A DNA stretch of 32,400 nucleotides from a virus, in IMG/VR virus record IMGVR_UViG_3300045988_046446. The stretch is one strand, 5' to 3'. Both the position numbers and the translations under genes were made by a program. Position 1 is the first letter of the stretch, and the number at the start of each line of letters is the position of its first letter. This document shows positions 32,155-32,400 of the stretch, piece by piece. Under the pieces are notes generated by a model. It did no database searches. It saw only the letters and a list, made by a program, of their open reading frames with translations, and was not told the DNA's origin.

Positions 32155-32400
32155 CTCGTCAGGGGGTAATTTTCAATACGTTGTTTAAGTAAAGCATACT
32201 TGGAAGGGTTAACTGATGACAGAGACGTACCCCCGAACTCCAATAAGATAGAGGCCATTTCATCACGGGTAACGTGCCCGGTTCTAACACTTGATATAAC
32301 AAGTGTTTGCATCTCCTTCAAAGTAGGTGCTTCGCTCTTCGTTTCTTCTTCTGCCTTAGCTGGTTCTTCTGCCTTAGCTGGTTCTTCTGCCTTAGCTGGT
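32151..32400 (-). CDS. 3' portion of the junction-spanning CDS (...PAKAEEPAKAEEETKSEAPTLKEMQTLVISSVRTGHVTRDEMASILLEFGG...RIENYPLTR*)
   Basis: Open frame entering from the right edge. The TGA at 32151-32153 overlaps the ATG of the nuclease gene (ATGA). It is in phase with 1..331. Confidence 0.7.
   Translation of the reverse strand, partial: PAKAEEPAKAEEPAKAEEETKSEAPTLKEMQTLVISSVRTGHVTRDEMASILLEFGGTSLSSVNPSKYALLKQRIENYPLTR
32346..32400. repeat. 18-bp tandem repeat, same unit as at 1-56
   Basis: A partial unit at 32346-32358, full units at 32359-32376 and 32377-32394, and a partial unit to 32400. The last 44 nt equal the first 44 nt. Confidence 0.95.

Noticed and set aside
32155-32200. Cassette-like sequence (ACAACGTATTGAAAAT) just upstream of the DUF2800 nuclease start
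   Set aside because: It lies within the coding 3' end of the junction-spanning gene. It lacks a TAnnTTTG -7 box and the TTAAC element at the fixed register. The nuclease start is ATGA-coupled to the upstream stop.

Overview
The window looks like one complete, circularly closed genome of a tailed dsDNA phage, about 32.4 kb. The first and last 44 nt are identical. Both ends sit inside an 18-bp tandem repeat, and one minus-strand ORF reads in frame across the junction. Every convincing gene is on the minus strand, and I found no integrase, repressor, tRNA or CRISPR array. In transcription order (high to low coordinates) there are two parts. The first is an early/replication region: a Cas4-like DUF2800 nuclease, a DUF2815 ssDNA-binding protein, a calcineurin-type metallophosphoesterase, a family A DNA polymerase, a primase/VirE helicase, a DUF3310-like protein, VRR-NUC, an SNF2 helicase and many small unknown ORFs. 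The second is a late region: TerS, TerL, tail-like proteins, a long coiled-coil tape-measure-like protein, protease/scaffold, capsid, three tandem paralogs, portal, holin, a GH108 endolysin and a spanin-like protein. TAnnTTTG -7 boxes and A-rich leaders without Shine-Dalgarno sequences suggest a Bacteroidota host; this is an inference. Three signals stand out. (1) Two diverged copies of a roughly 350-400 bp noncoding module (about 1074-1437 and 17752-18148) are packed with CTGTGCCAC / CTGTGCCAGG / CTGTCTCAC words in both orientations around AT-rich cores. Each module sits between an operon terminator and the next promoter, at the late-to-early and early-to-late boundaries. (2) A promoter-leader cassette occurs six times in the early region with an invariant 34-nt register between its two conserved elements. 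(3) There are several paralog families and translationally coupled micro-ORFs. All functional calls rest on motifs read by eye. No database search was run.
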